Assembly (NCBI GenBank): GCA_963770835.1
Contig: CAVYRH010000026.1
Location: 160,001 to 224,000 of the forward strand
Length of the DNA stretch: 64,000 nt
Source: an uncultured Pseudomonadota bacterium
GTDB taxonomy: Bacteria; Oederibacteriota; Muellerivitia; Muellerivitales; Muellerivitaceae
Direction: 5' to 3'
Shown: in pieces, positions 55,555 through 64,000 of the stretch
How positions within the stretch are numbered: the stretch's first letter is position 1
How the letters are laid out: the number at the start of each line of letters is the position of its first letter
Notes under the pieces: generated by a model
Told to the model about the DNA's origin: nothing
The model's database searches: none
The model's input: the letters and a program-made list of their open reading frames with translations, nothing else
Program-made: the position numbers and the translations under genes

Positions 55555-56397
55555 TTAACGGTGGCCGCCTCTTCCATGCACTGCGGAATGAATTCCACCA
55601 TGAGCTCCGGGGGCGTGCCCCCTACCGGCCGCGGGATTGTGGCCCAACCGGTTTCCGGGAGGATGGGGGGTAATCGAGTGAGAAACCCTTGCCCCGGATT
55701 TTCCTTTAAGGGCCCGCTTTTCTTGCAGCCGTTGGCGGACCTTAAGCCAGCTTTTGAAACGTCCCCGGGTTTGGGCGTTGAAGGACCGCAAAGAGAAGAC
55801 TTCGCCTTTGGAGGCCGAGCAGGTTTGACCCGCCGTGACCCGTTGCGAGCCTTTGGCTGTGGTTACTTCCACCACGCCTTCGCCAGTGGAAGTTTGAACT
55901 TGGGAGCCATTCACGGAAGTTTCAAAAACCGTGCCCCGAACCCCGCAAACCACCCCGCCCGCGTCCACCTCGAATTGGGAATTGGTCTGGGAGAGTTGTT
56001 TCTTGACGTCGGAAAGGACGGCGCCACCCAGGAGCTTCAAACGGCTGAGGAATCCGTTGTTTTGGTTTTGCACCAGTTGGGAAACGCGCATTTCCGTTCC
56101 CTCATCCAGGTGAACCAGGGTTTCGGATTTTAAAGAAAGAACGACCTCCGTGTCGTCGCCTACGGAAATTTGGTCTCCTTCCTCCAGCCGGGCGCCGACC
56201 TGGACCTTTTTCCATAAAGCCTGGCCTTCTTTCAGGACTTGAACGTCGCCCGCACCCTCGATGTCGACAATGAAATAATTGGTAACAAGGTTCTCCAAGG
56301 GTAGTTCAATGTCGGCCCTGGCTCCGGAGGAAAAGATTAAAAGAAGAACGGTGAATGAGAAACATCGGATAAAACAACTAACCCGGTGGTTGGTCAT
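55555..56397 (-). CDS. Secreted FecR-domain protein
   Basis: signal peptide; LEEGDQI, VCGVRGTVF, EGVVEV. Confidence 0.8.
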   Translation of the reverse strand: MTNHRVSCFIRCFSFTVLLLIFSSGARADIELPLENLVTNYFIVDIEGAGDVQVLKEGQALWKKVQVGARLEEGDQISVGDDTEVVLSLKSETLVHLDEGTEMRVSQLVQNQNNGFLSRLKLLGGAVLSDVKKQLSQTNSQFEVDAGGVVCGVRGTVFETSVNGSQVQTSTGEGVVEVTTAKGSQRVTAGQTCSASKGEVFSLRSFNAQTRGRFKSWLKVRQRLQEKRALKGKSGARVSHSITPHPPGNRLGHNPAAGRGHAPGAHGGIHSAVHGRGGHR

Positions 56398-56459
56398 GGA
56401 CTTTATCTTATCACGGGTTTGGGGCGAAGGTGGAAACCAGGAGGGGTTGGAATGGGCCC

Positions 56460-56501
56460 AAAAACAAACGACCGGATGGTTTTCAAGCCATCCGGTCGTT
56501 T
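56460..56501 (-). terminator. Rho-independent terminator
   Basis: 14-bp perfect stem AAACGACCGGATGG / CCATCCGGTCGTTT with a U-rich tail on the minus strand. Confidence 0.8.
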
Positions 56502-56509
56502 AAAAACCG

Positions 56510-56986
56510 TTATTGATTTGTGGCGGTTGTAGGGGCGGTTTCCGTTGAGGGCGAACCGGCGGCGGGAGATGTGTTCGCATCGGTTTCCCCGTCATTTTTA
56601 TCGTCGTGGATAGCCGTAGAGTTGGCGTCCAGCATCTGTTTCAACTGGCTGTATTGGTCCGCGGTGATTTTCTTCTCACCACTTTGCTTATCTTGGGCCG
56701 CATCGGTTTTCAATTGTTCCCGAACGGCGTCCACGCTGGCCTTCAAACTTTTGGCTTCGTCCGGAGTGAGCTTCTTGGACTTTACCCCCTCATGGATGCG
56801 CTTGTACTGGTTCCGGATACGCCATTCAATCACCTTCCCAGGATGTTCGGGTATGCCGGAAGGGGATGAAGCGGCCGAAGCGCCGGTGGCGGTGGTGCCT
56901 CCCGCGGCAGTGGTATTTTGAGCGAAAGCCAAGCTTGTTAAACCAGCCAATAAAACCGAAACGACGACCGAAACCAAACGTTTCAT
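56510..56986 (-). CDS. Secreted helical hypothetical protein
   Basis: AGGAGG SD; signal peptide; RIHEGVKSKKLTPDEA and ITADQ repeats. Confidence 0.8.
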   Translation of the reverse strand: MKRLVSVVVSVLLAGLTSLAFAQNTTAAGGTTATGASAASSPSGIPEHPGKVIEWRIRNQYKRIHEGVKSKKLTPDEAKSLKASVDAVREQLKTDAAQDKQSGEKKITADQYSQLKQMLDANSTAIHDDKNDGETDANTSPAAGSPSTETAPTTATNQ

Positions 56987-57132
56987 AGAACTTCCTCCTG
57001 AAAATTATTCGCAGTCCCAAGCCGCGCCCATCTTCCTTTTCCGCGGCGGGCCAAGCCCAAATCCTGCAGATAAAGGGACGACATCCTAGTTTGGGGCGGA
57101 AGACCCCAAAAGGAAAAACGCCGTGTTGTCAA

Positions 57133-57160
57133 TTAGACGGGTGGATGCCCCAGAAGTTCC
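57133..57160 (-). promoter_or_regulatory. Putative ECF (RpoE-like) promoter
   Basis: minus strand GGAACTT-N16-TCTAA. Confidence 0.7.
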
Positions 57161-57212
57161 TGGCCTGCGGAGAATTTACTTTTCTAAAACAAGGGAAGTT
57201 TAAAGAGGAAAC

Positions 57213-57245
57213 AAAAAAAACCGGCCCGGGTTTAACCGGGCCGGT
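57213..57245 (-). terminator. Rho-independent terminator
   Basis: ACCGGCCCGG / CCGGGCCGGT stem followed by a poly-U tail on the minus strand. Confidence 0.85.
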
Positions 57246-57291
57246 CAAAACTGCGAGTTAAAGCTATCGCAACTAAACTACCGGAACGAAA

Positions 57292-57471
57292 TTACTTAGT
57301 GGTAGTAGCAGCAGAGGAAGCCGGTGCAGCGCTTCCGCTCTTTTTGTGGTGTTTCTTTTTGTGCTTGCTGGTTTTCGCCGTGGTGGTGCTTGAGGTGCTA
57401 TCTGCCCAAACTAAGCCCGACGCCGAAACGGTGAACAACAAGGCCAATGCCATAACCAAAGCCTTTTTCAT
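57292..57471 (-). CDS. Small secreted Lys/His/Thr-rich protein (59 aa)
   Basis: AAGGAGG SD; signal peptide (VWA|D); KHKKKHHKKS. Confidence 0.75.
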   Translation of the reverse strand: MKKALVMALALLFTVSASGLVWADSTSSTTTAKTSKHKKKHHKKSGSAAPASSAATTTK

Positions 57472-57519
57472 TCTCGCCTCCTTCAAAATGGTAAAAAAGT
57501 AGTCTAAAGCTACCGTGAT

Positions 57520-57549
57520 TTAGACGGGGAATCCAATTAAAAGGTTTCA
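57520..57549 (-). promoter_or_regulatory. Putative ECF sigma promoter
   Basis: minus strand TGAAAC-N17-CGTCTAA. Confidence 0.65.
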
Positions 57550-57619
57550 AAATGATAGTCCCATCCCTCTGAAAAGGATTTCCGTTTTCCTGACCGAGAA
57601 AACCGTTTTTTTCTTCCCG

Positions 57620-57651
57620 TTGACAATTAACCGACCGGTAGGTAGGTTAAT
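57620..57651 (+). promoter_or_regulatory. Sigma70 promoter overlapped by a palindromic TetR-type operator
   Basis: TTGACA-N17-TAGGTT; ACCGACC-GGTAGGT dyad inside ATTAACC..GGTTAAT; no SD before the ATG (possibly leaderless). Confidence 0.7.
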
Positions 57652-57899
57652 GCCCCCATGGCGAAACTCTTGGACGAACAAAAACACGAAGATCAGCGGA
57701 TGCGATTGTTATCGCACGCCCGGCGCCTGATTGCCAACCAAGGCTTTAAGGAAACCAGCATGTCGCAGATTGCCAAGGCCTGTAAAGTCACCAAGGCCGG
57801 CCTCTATCATTATTTTAAAAGCAAGGAAGACATCCTTTTAGCTGCTATGAGGCCATTCCTGCTATGAGGCCATTCCTCAAGTCCAATTTTCTCCTACGG

Positions 57900-58059
57900 T
57901 CAGCCTTTTGGTTTCGTGGATTCACGCTGCTATTCGTGCTCGAGGCACAAGATAAGAATTCGATAATCCTGAGGGAAGCCACCACCTGTCCAACGTGCCT
58001 AAGGCACAGCTAAAACTCGTGGTCATTCCTAAGGGGTCGAATCACGAAACTGAGGCTGA
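57900..58059 (-). ncRNA. Putative bridge/seekRNA of the IS110 element
   Basis: closing stems TCAGCCT/AGGCTGA and GTTTCGTG/CACGAAAC; two GTGC..GCAC hairpins flanked by segments matching the junction sequences. Confidence 0.7.
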
Positions 58060-58066
58060 AACCTCT

Positions 58067-59143
58067 TTAGAGCATGGGCCGATAAACTTCCTTTCGAACC
58101 AACATAGTCCAAAGGTGAATCAAAAGCTTGTGAGCCATTGCCACAATCGCTTTGTTGACATGCCCCGTATTACGGACGAACCGGCGGAAAACGCGGTTGG
58201 CCTGGGTATCCTTTTGAATCCATGACCAGGCAGCTTCAACTAAGGTAGCCCTCAAGGTTCCTTTTCCGGCCTTCTGCAAATGGCCTTCCTTTCGAGTTTC
58301 TCCGCTTTGCCTGATCCTTGGGGCCAACCCCACGTAAGCCGCCACCTGTTTGGCGTTTTGAAAGCGCTCCGGCTGGTAAATCTCCGTTAACATTTGCAGG
58401 GTCGTTACTTCACCCACTCCCGGGTGGGACCTGAGGATCTTAGCCTTTTTCTCGTAGGCCTTGTCCTTCATCATGACCCGCAAACGTATGTTCACGTCTT
58501 TAAGCTGCCTATCAAAGTAAAAGAGATCTTCCAATAGGCTATCCAACGTGAATCTCAGGGCCGGCGGCAGTTCCATATCCCGCAAAACTCCGATGGCCTC
58601 GTGGGTCCAGTAATCCAGCCCTCTAGGTTCCTTGAATCCATATTGGAGGAAAAAGCTTTTGATCCTTTGTTTGGCCTTGCGTTTTTGTTCCACCATCGCG
58701 TTTCTCAAACGCACCACTTGCCGATCCGCTTCTTCCTGGAGGGTTGGGATCGCCACAGCCCGCAAGAGATCCTTTTCGGCGTACTCCGCCAGCTTGCGGC
58801 AGTCCAACCGGTCGGATTTTGTTTCCAACTGAGCTACACGAGGTGTTTTGTTCGGGGCGATGACGTCCAATGGGTATCCCACTTCCCGAAGGCGACGTGC
58901 CAAGCCAAAGCCAGTAGGTCCTGCCTCGTAGACGACCTTTTTTAACCCTTTTCGGTAAGGCTCCAGAACCTTCACCACAGCTTCCCAATCCGCGGGCACA
59001 GACTTGGTTCCGGTTTCCTTTCCATTGATCCTGATTGCTACGTAAATACTTCGTTTGTGGACATCGAGCCCCACAAACACGGCGTCCCGCTTGGATACCT
59101 CCTTGCCTTGGAATCCTTTTTTGCTAATCTGTTTCATGGTCAT
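58067..59143 (-). CDS. IS110 family DEDD recombinase/transposase
   Basis: VGLDVHK, YEAG, KSDRLD, PGVG, YVGLAPRIRQSG (catalytic Ser). Confidence 0.95.
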   Translation of the reverse strand: MTMKQISKKGFQGKEVSKRDAVFVGLDVHKRSIYVAIRINGKETGTKSVPADWEAVVKVLEPYRKGLKKVVYEAGPTGFGLARRLREVGYPLDVIAPNKTPRVAQLETKSDRLDCRKLAEYAEKDLLRAVAIPTLQEEADRQVVRLRNAMVEQKRKAKQRIKSFFLQYGFKEPRGLDYWTHEAIGVLRDMELPPALRFTLDSLLEDLFYFDRQLKDVNIRLRVMMKDKAYEKKAKILRSHPGVGEVTTLQMLTEIYQPERFQNAKQVAAYVGLAPRIRQSGETRKEGHLQKAGKGTLRATLVEAAWSWIQKDTQANRVFRRFVRNTGHVNKAIVAMAHKLLIHLWTMLVRKEVYRPML

Positions 59144-59782
59144 TCCTCCTTATGAGTGGCTACTCACCGGGAATAGTTTAATCCCGGCGGTGGAATGGCC
59201 ATCATGTTACCTGTCTTAGGCTGCCATAAGGAAGAAACCGAAACCCTCAAGGACAAATTGGCCAAAGCCGGGAGCATCGAGGGCGTCCTCTACGCCATCG
59301 CCAAAAACCACATGGAAAAGATGAATCAACCCTCCAACCTGGAGTTCGTCAAAATCCTGGTCAACGAAGCCATGACCAATCCCGGGGTGAAAAAATTCTA
59401 TTTAAGTTTCATCAAGGATTCCCTTGTTACAGCGGGACGGGACATCCTGGCGCCCTTCCTCAAGGGAAGGCTCAGCGAAGTCGAGGTCCGGCGGACCTAT
59501 TTCCAGTTCCTCGCCGCCCTGAGCCATTACACTTGGCAAGTAAAGATGGTGGGGGGGTTGTCGGACATCATCGGGGACGACGATGCTTATATGAGGCTCC
59601 TGGCCAAGGTTTATGCGAACCAGTTGATGAACGGTTGAAACTAATTTCTTAAACCAGGTGGAGCTGTCGACGGTTACATCCTGTTACAAAATGAAACAGG
59701 TCCGAAAAGCAAAGTTGCGGGGTTTGCTTCAATATAACACCCACCGGCCACACGGCTGGTCTTGAACCGAATGGAGAGAGAA

Positions 59783-61246
59783 ATGCGAAAGCCTCTGGGA
59801 CTCATCTTGGGATTCTACCTGTCGTCAGGCGCCGCCTTTGCCCAGTCCAACTTAAGCCTGGAGGATTATCTCGGACAGGTAAAGGCCCAGGGACCGGATT
59901 ACAAGTCCGCCCAGGCCGCCGTGGAAGGCTATGAAAAGCAGTCCCACCAGCAGGACTTGACCTACTCACCCCAGTTGGTGGCCAGCTACAATCACATGGA
60001 CGATACCGAGCAACCCAACGGCTTTTCCTATCCCCATACCCTGGCCGACTCCCTGGGGGTTTCCATCACGGATATCCTGCCCTTTGGGCCCACGGTTTCG
60101 GCAGGCTATGCCTTCACGAACTTGAATGCCAGCGTGAACCCGGAATTGAACGAAATCGTTATTGGCGGGGTTTCGCTGGGGAGCGTGTTTCCTACCTCCT
60201 ATTACCAGATCGCCCCTGTCTTTTCCCTGACTGTGCCCCTTTTCAAGGACTTCGGCGGGGCCCAAACTTCGGCCGGAGTGAAGATGGTGCAATACCAAAT
60301 GGAATCGGCTGCCAAGTCGGCCGCTTTCCAAAGTGCCGGGGTGCTTTACCAGGCCAAAGTGGCCTACTGGAACCTTGCCCTGGCCCGGCAGCAGATCGCC
60401 ATCCGACAGGACACCCTGGACCGTAGCCAGAAAATTTGGGATTGGACCAAGAACCGCGTAGCCCGCAACCTGGCCGACCCGCCCGACGCCCTGCAAGCCG
60501 AAGCCGCGGTGCGGCTGGCCGAACTGGACCTGGATCAGGCCGAAAAAAGCGAAAAGTCGGCCCGGCTACAGTTCAACCGTTTCCGGGGCACCCGGGACGC
60601 CGGTGTGTCCGAACAGCTTCAAAACCTGGAAGACTCCCTGTCTGGTTTGAAAGTAGAGGTCCCCGACCAACTCCCCGACCGGCTGGACCTGAAGGCCGCG
60701 CAGAAAAATACGGACAGCCAGAAGGCCACCTATGACCAGGCCGCGCAGAACGTCTACCCGGACATCAACCTCAACGCCTCCTGGCGGGGTAACGGCTTCG
60801 ATCCAAGCTTCGACAGCGCCGACGGCACCGCATGGAGCTTCAACTACCCAACCTGGAACATCGGCGCCCAGTTCACCCTGCCCCTGGATGTGTTCACGGC
60901 CCAAAGGGTGGCGGAGGGCTACCAGAGCAATTACCAAAGCTCGCTCCTGGGGCTTAAGGACAAGAAGCTCCAGGTGGACCAGGACTGGCAGGATTGGAAG
61001 GAACGCATGACCGACGTGGACAAGCGCCTGGATATGACCACCGAGATCGAGCAGATCCAGAAGAACAAGGCGGACCAGGAAAGGCAGCGGCTGGAATACG
61101 GCCGAACCACCGAATTCCAGCTTCTGTCCTTCGAGAACGATTACAACGCCGCGCGGCTGAGCCGCCTTTCGGTGATCGCGGAGAAACTGGGGCTTTTAGC
61201 CGAGGCCCAATGGTGGCTTTCAACGGAAATTGAAAAGGAGAATTAA
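59783..61246 (+). CDS. TolC family outer membrane efflux protein
   Basis: signal peptide; AYWNLALA, YPDINL, G..T.FQLL..E; two-repeat OEP pattern. Confidence 0.85.
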   Translation: MRKPLGLILGFYLSSGAAFAQSNLSLEDYLGQVKAQGPDYKSAQAAVEGYEKQSHQQDLTYSPQLVASYNHMDDTEQPNGFSYPHTLADSLGVSITDILPFGPTVSAGYAFTNLNASVNPELNEIVIGGVSLGSVFPTSYYQIAPVFSLTVPLFKDFGGAQTSAGVKMVQYQMESAAKSAAFQSAGVLYQAKVAYWNLALARQQIAIRQDTLDRSQKIWDWTKNRVARNLADPPDALQAEAAVRLAELDLDQAEKSEKSARLQFNRFRGTRDAGVSEQLQNLEDSLSGLKVEVPDQLPDRLDLKAAQKNTDSQKATYDQAAQNVYPDINLNASWRGNGFDPSFDSADGTAWSFNYPTWNIGAQFTLPLDVFTAQRVAEGYQSNYQSSLLGLKDKKLQVDQDWQDWKERMTDVDKRLDMTTEIEQIQKNKADQERQRLEYGRTTEFQLLSFENDYNAARLSRLSVIAEKLGLLAEAQWWLSTEIEKEN

Positions 61247-64000
61247 ATGAACCTTCCCAAACTAGCCATCGAGCGCCCGGTCTTCGTCACCTGCGTCGTC
61301 ATCCTCATCATGGTGTTGGGATACATGTCCTACCGGTCCCTGGGCGTGGACCTGTTCCCGGATGTGAGTTTCCCCTTCGTCTCGGTGACAACTCCCTACA
61401 AGGGCGCGGCGCCGGAGGAAATCGAAACACAGATCTCCAAGCCCCTGGAAGAGCAGTTCTCCACCCTGGAAGGCGTGAAGAAAGTTTATTCGGTCAACCA
61501 GGAAGGCTTTTCCATCGTCACCATCCAGTTCACGCTGGAAACGGACGGCAAGGACGCCGAACAGCGGGTGCGGGACCGGCTGACCTTCGTACGGCCCCAA
61601 TTGCCCAAGGACATCGACGAGCCGGTCATCCAGCGGCTGGACCCCTCGGACCAACCCGTCATGATCGTGTCGATGCAATCGAGCCTCAACCCCTACCAGG
61701 CCTATGACCTGGCGGACCAGACCGTCAAACCCCAGCTCTCCCAGGTGGATGGGGTGGGCGTGGTGGACATCTTCGGCGGGGCGAAGCGGGAGATCCGCGT
61801 GGAGCTGGACCGCAACAAGGTGAACGCCTACCGCATCAGCGCCACCTCGGTGGCCGACAACATCGGCCTGAACGGCATGAACGTGCCGGTGGGCAAGTTC
61901 GAGACGAACGGCCAAAACGTGCTTTTCCGGTCGGTGGGCGAATACAACGACCTGGACCGCCTGCGCCACACCATCGTCAACTTCCTGGGGTCCGACGTGC
62001 CCATCACCGTGGACAAACTGGGCCAAGTGGTGGACACGGTGGAGGACGCCCAAAACTACAGCTCCTTCAACGGCAAGCCTTCGCTGTTCCTTTTGATCCA
62101 CAAGCAGTCCAAGGCCAATACGGTGGCGGTGGTGGACGGGGTCTTCAAGGCGATGGACCACATCAACGACGTGCTCAAGACCCACCCGGGCGCCCCCAAG
62201 ATTTCCCTCGTGCGCGAGGACGGCCGCATCGTGCGAATGAACCTGGACGACGTCCAGCGCACCATCGGCATCGGCATCGCGCTGACGGTGCTGGTGGTCT
62301 TCTTCTTCCTGGGCAGCTTCCGCTCGACCCTCATCACCATCACGGCCCTGCCCGTGTCCCTTTTGGGCGCTTTCATCCTGATGAACGGCATGGGCTTCAC
62401 CCTGAACCTCATGACGCTCCTGGCGCTCTCCCTGGCGGTGGGGCTCCTCATTGACGACGCCATCGTGGTGCGGGAAAACATCTGGCGCCACATCGAGGAA
62501 GGGGAGGAACCCAAGTCCGCGGCTTTGAGCGGCACACTTGAAGTGGCGCTGGCGGTTATCGCCACCTCCTCCGTCATCATTTCCGTGTTCCTGCCCATCG
62601 CCTTTTTGAAAGGCACGGTGGGGCAATTTTTCCGCCAATTCGGCATGACGGTGTGTTTCGCCATGGCGGTTTCCTTGTTTGAGGCCATGGTCATGGGCCC
62701 CATGCTGTCGGCCTACTGGGCCAAGAAGGTGGGCAAGGGTTTCAGCCCCATCGACGCTCTGGACCATTTTTTCGCCCCCGTCCTCCGGGCTTTCGACCGG
62801 TTCCAGACCGGGCTGGAGAAAGGCTATCAAAGGCTCATCAATTGGTGCCTCGGCTACCCCGTTGAAAAGATTATTTCGGATTCAAAGACCGGAAAATTCA
62901 ATTTCTTGCGCAAAGTTTTCTCTACCGTCCTTTTCCTGAACCCGGACAAGCTTCAAAACGAGGTCCGGAACGAGGAAAAAAACGGGTATTCCTTCGGGCC
63001 TCTCCTCCTTTTCATTTTCGAATTGGTCCTTTTAAGCGCCTGTTTCAAATGGCCGGTCGTCCAAAAGGCGGGGTTCATTCTTTTCCTCCTCCAGTGGTTT
63101 GTGTATTTCATCCGCCACCGGCATTATTTCTTTGCGCACCAATTTTATGACCACCGCTGGTGGGTCCTTCAAATGGCGGCGTTCATTTTCCTGGGGAGCC
63201 TCTTCGTCGGGGGGAAATACGTCCCCTTCACCTTCCTGCCTAATGGGGACAACGGCGAGTTCATGGTGAGCCTGAAGGCCTCCCCCAATACGTCGCTGGA
63301 CACCATGCGCGACTACACGGCCAAGATCGCGGATATCGTGCGGGCCCACAAGGAAATCGACCTGACCAGCGAGGTGGTGGGCGACACCCAGGGCAACGAC
63401 AACACCAGCACCGTCTACGCCAAGCTCACGCCCTGGCAAACCCGCAAACTTACCACTTCGGACATGAAGGATATCGTCCGCAAGGAACTGGAACCCTACC
63501 AGGACCAGCTGCAGCCCCAGGTGGGGGACCGGGACCTGGTGGCCAACCAAGCTCCCTTCAACATGGTGCTGGCGGGGGATGATTACAAAACGTTGGAACC
63601 CCTGGTGGCGCAGGTCGAGGCCCAATTCAAGCAGATCCCCGGCCTGGCCGACGTTTCCACCAACTACGACGGGGGCAAGTCCGAGTTCCAGGCGGTCATC
63701 GACCCGGTGCGTTCGCGCCAATTGGGGGTCCTGGGCATCCAGGCGGGCGACGAGCTCCGGACCCAGATCGAGGGCACGGTGCCGGCCAAGTTCCGCGACA
63801 ACGGCCTGGAGTACGACATCCGGGTTCGCATGCAGGAAGACCAGCGGAACTTGCAAAAGGACTTCAACAACGTCTATGTGCCGAACACCAACAACCGCAT
63901 GGTGCGCTTGTCCGACATCTCCAGCCCGGTGACCACGGAGGGGCCTTCCAAGATCAACCGTTTGAACCGCCAGCGCTACATCATGATCTCGGGCCAGTTG
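61247..64000 (+). CDS. RND efflux permease (AcrB/AcrD/AcrF family), truncated by the window edge
   Basis: manual translation MNLPKLAIERPVF..GVDLFPDVSFP, GLLIDDAIVVRENI; not in the ORF track because no stop falls in the window. Confidence 0.92.
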   Translation, partial: MNLPKLAIERPVFVTCVVILIMVLGYMSYRSLGVDLFPDVSFPFVSVTTPYKGAAPEEIETQISKPLEEQFSTLEGVKKVYSVNQEGFSIVTIQFTLETDGKDAEQRVRDRLTFVRPQLPKDIDEPVIQRLDPSDQPVMIVSMQSSLNPYQAYDLADQTVKPQLSQVDGVGVVDIFGGAKREIRVELDRNKVNAYRISATSVADNIGLNGMNVPVGKFETNGQNVLFRSVGEYNDLDRLRHTIVNFLGSDVPITVDKLGQVVDTVEDAQNYSSFNGKPSLFLLIHKQSKANTVAVVDGVFKAMDHINDVLKTHPGAPKISLVREDGRIVRMNLDDVQRTIGIGIALTVLVVFFFLGSFRSTLITITALPVSLLGAFILMNGMGFTLNLMTLLALSLAVGLLIDDAIVVRENIWRHIEEGEEPKSAALSGTLEVALAVIATSSVIISVFLPIAFLKGTVGQFFRQFGMTVCFAMAVSLFEAMVMGPMLSAYWAKKVGKGFSPIDALDHFFAPVLRAFDRFQTGLEKGYQRLINWCLGYPVEKIISDSKTGKFNFLRKVFSTVLFLNPDKLQNEVRNEEKNGYSFGPLLLFIFELVLLSACFKWPVVQKAGFILFLLQWFVYFIRHRHYFFAHQFYDHRWWVLQMAAFIFLGSLFVGGKYVPFTFLPNGDNGEFMVSLKASPNTSLDTMRDYTAKIADIVRAHKEIDLTSEVVGDTQGNDNTSTVYAKLTPWQTRKLTTSDMKDIVRKELEPYQDQLQPQVGDRDLVANQAPFNMVLAGDDYKTLEPLVAQVEAQFKQIPGLADVSTNYDGGKSEFQAVIDPVRSRQLGVLGIQAGDELRTQIEGTVPAKFRDNGLEYDIRVRMQEDQRNLQKDFNNVYVPNTNNRMVRLSDISSPVTTEGPSKINRLNRQRYIMISGQL

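Larger units (their letters stand above)
57842..59219 (-). mobile_element. IS110-family (IS1111-like) insertion sequence, 1378 bp
   Basis: TTAG at both junctions; sub-terminal IRs ATGAGGCCATTCC / GGAATGGCCATCAT; long non-coding end downstream of the recombinase. Confidence 0.9.
57658..59638 (+). pseudogene. TetR/AcrR family regulator interrupted by an IS110-family element
   Basis: HTH half 57658-57841 (GFKETSMSQIA..GLYHYFKSKEDIL); removing 57842-59219 restores an in-frame 200-aa ORF (ILLGCHKEE...). Confidence 0.88.

Noticed and set aside
1..64000. tRNA, rRNA or prophage genes
   Set aside because: No cloverleaf with T-loop/CCA, rRNA-like segment or phage structural gene recognised by eye

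Overview
GC-rich bacterial chromosomal segment from a diderm organism (TolC, a beta-barrel protein and lipoproteins are present; taxon not determinable from sequence alone), with about 60 CDS. Housekeeping and accessory metabolism: gmhA, gcvH, a fused gcvP, lipA, pncA/pncB, ppk2, an RNase II-family enzyme, a sulfonate-type ABC transporter, a TatT-TatP-DctQM (TPAT) TRAP system and a KimA-like K+ transporter. Envelope and secreted proteins: three GT-C-type membrane glycosylation proteins, a secreted modular GH9 with Pro/Thr linkers, and several small secreted proteins preceded by a shared ECF-sigma promoter motif. Most notable: (1) an intact IS110/IS1111-type element splits a TetR gene upstream of a TolC-RND pair, and its 3' non-coding end holds two hairpin-capped loops whose flanks match the target and donor junctions (bridge/seekRNA); (2) three copies of a double-hairpin element with an invariant 25-bp core bracket lipA and neighbouring genes; (3) a REP-associated-type Y1 transposase homolog lacking its catalytic residues is translationally coupled inside an operon; (4) a divergent two-domain AdoMetDC-like pyruvoyl proenzyme; (5) a probable 6S RNA; (6) an AT-rich orphan HEPN-motif gene. 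No CRISPR array, tRNA or rRNA was recognised. All family calls come from motif recognition by eye, not from database searches.
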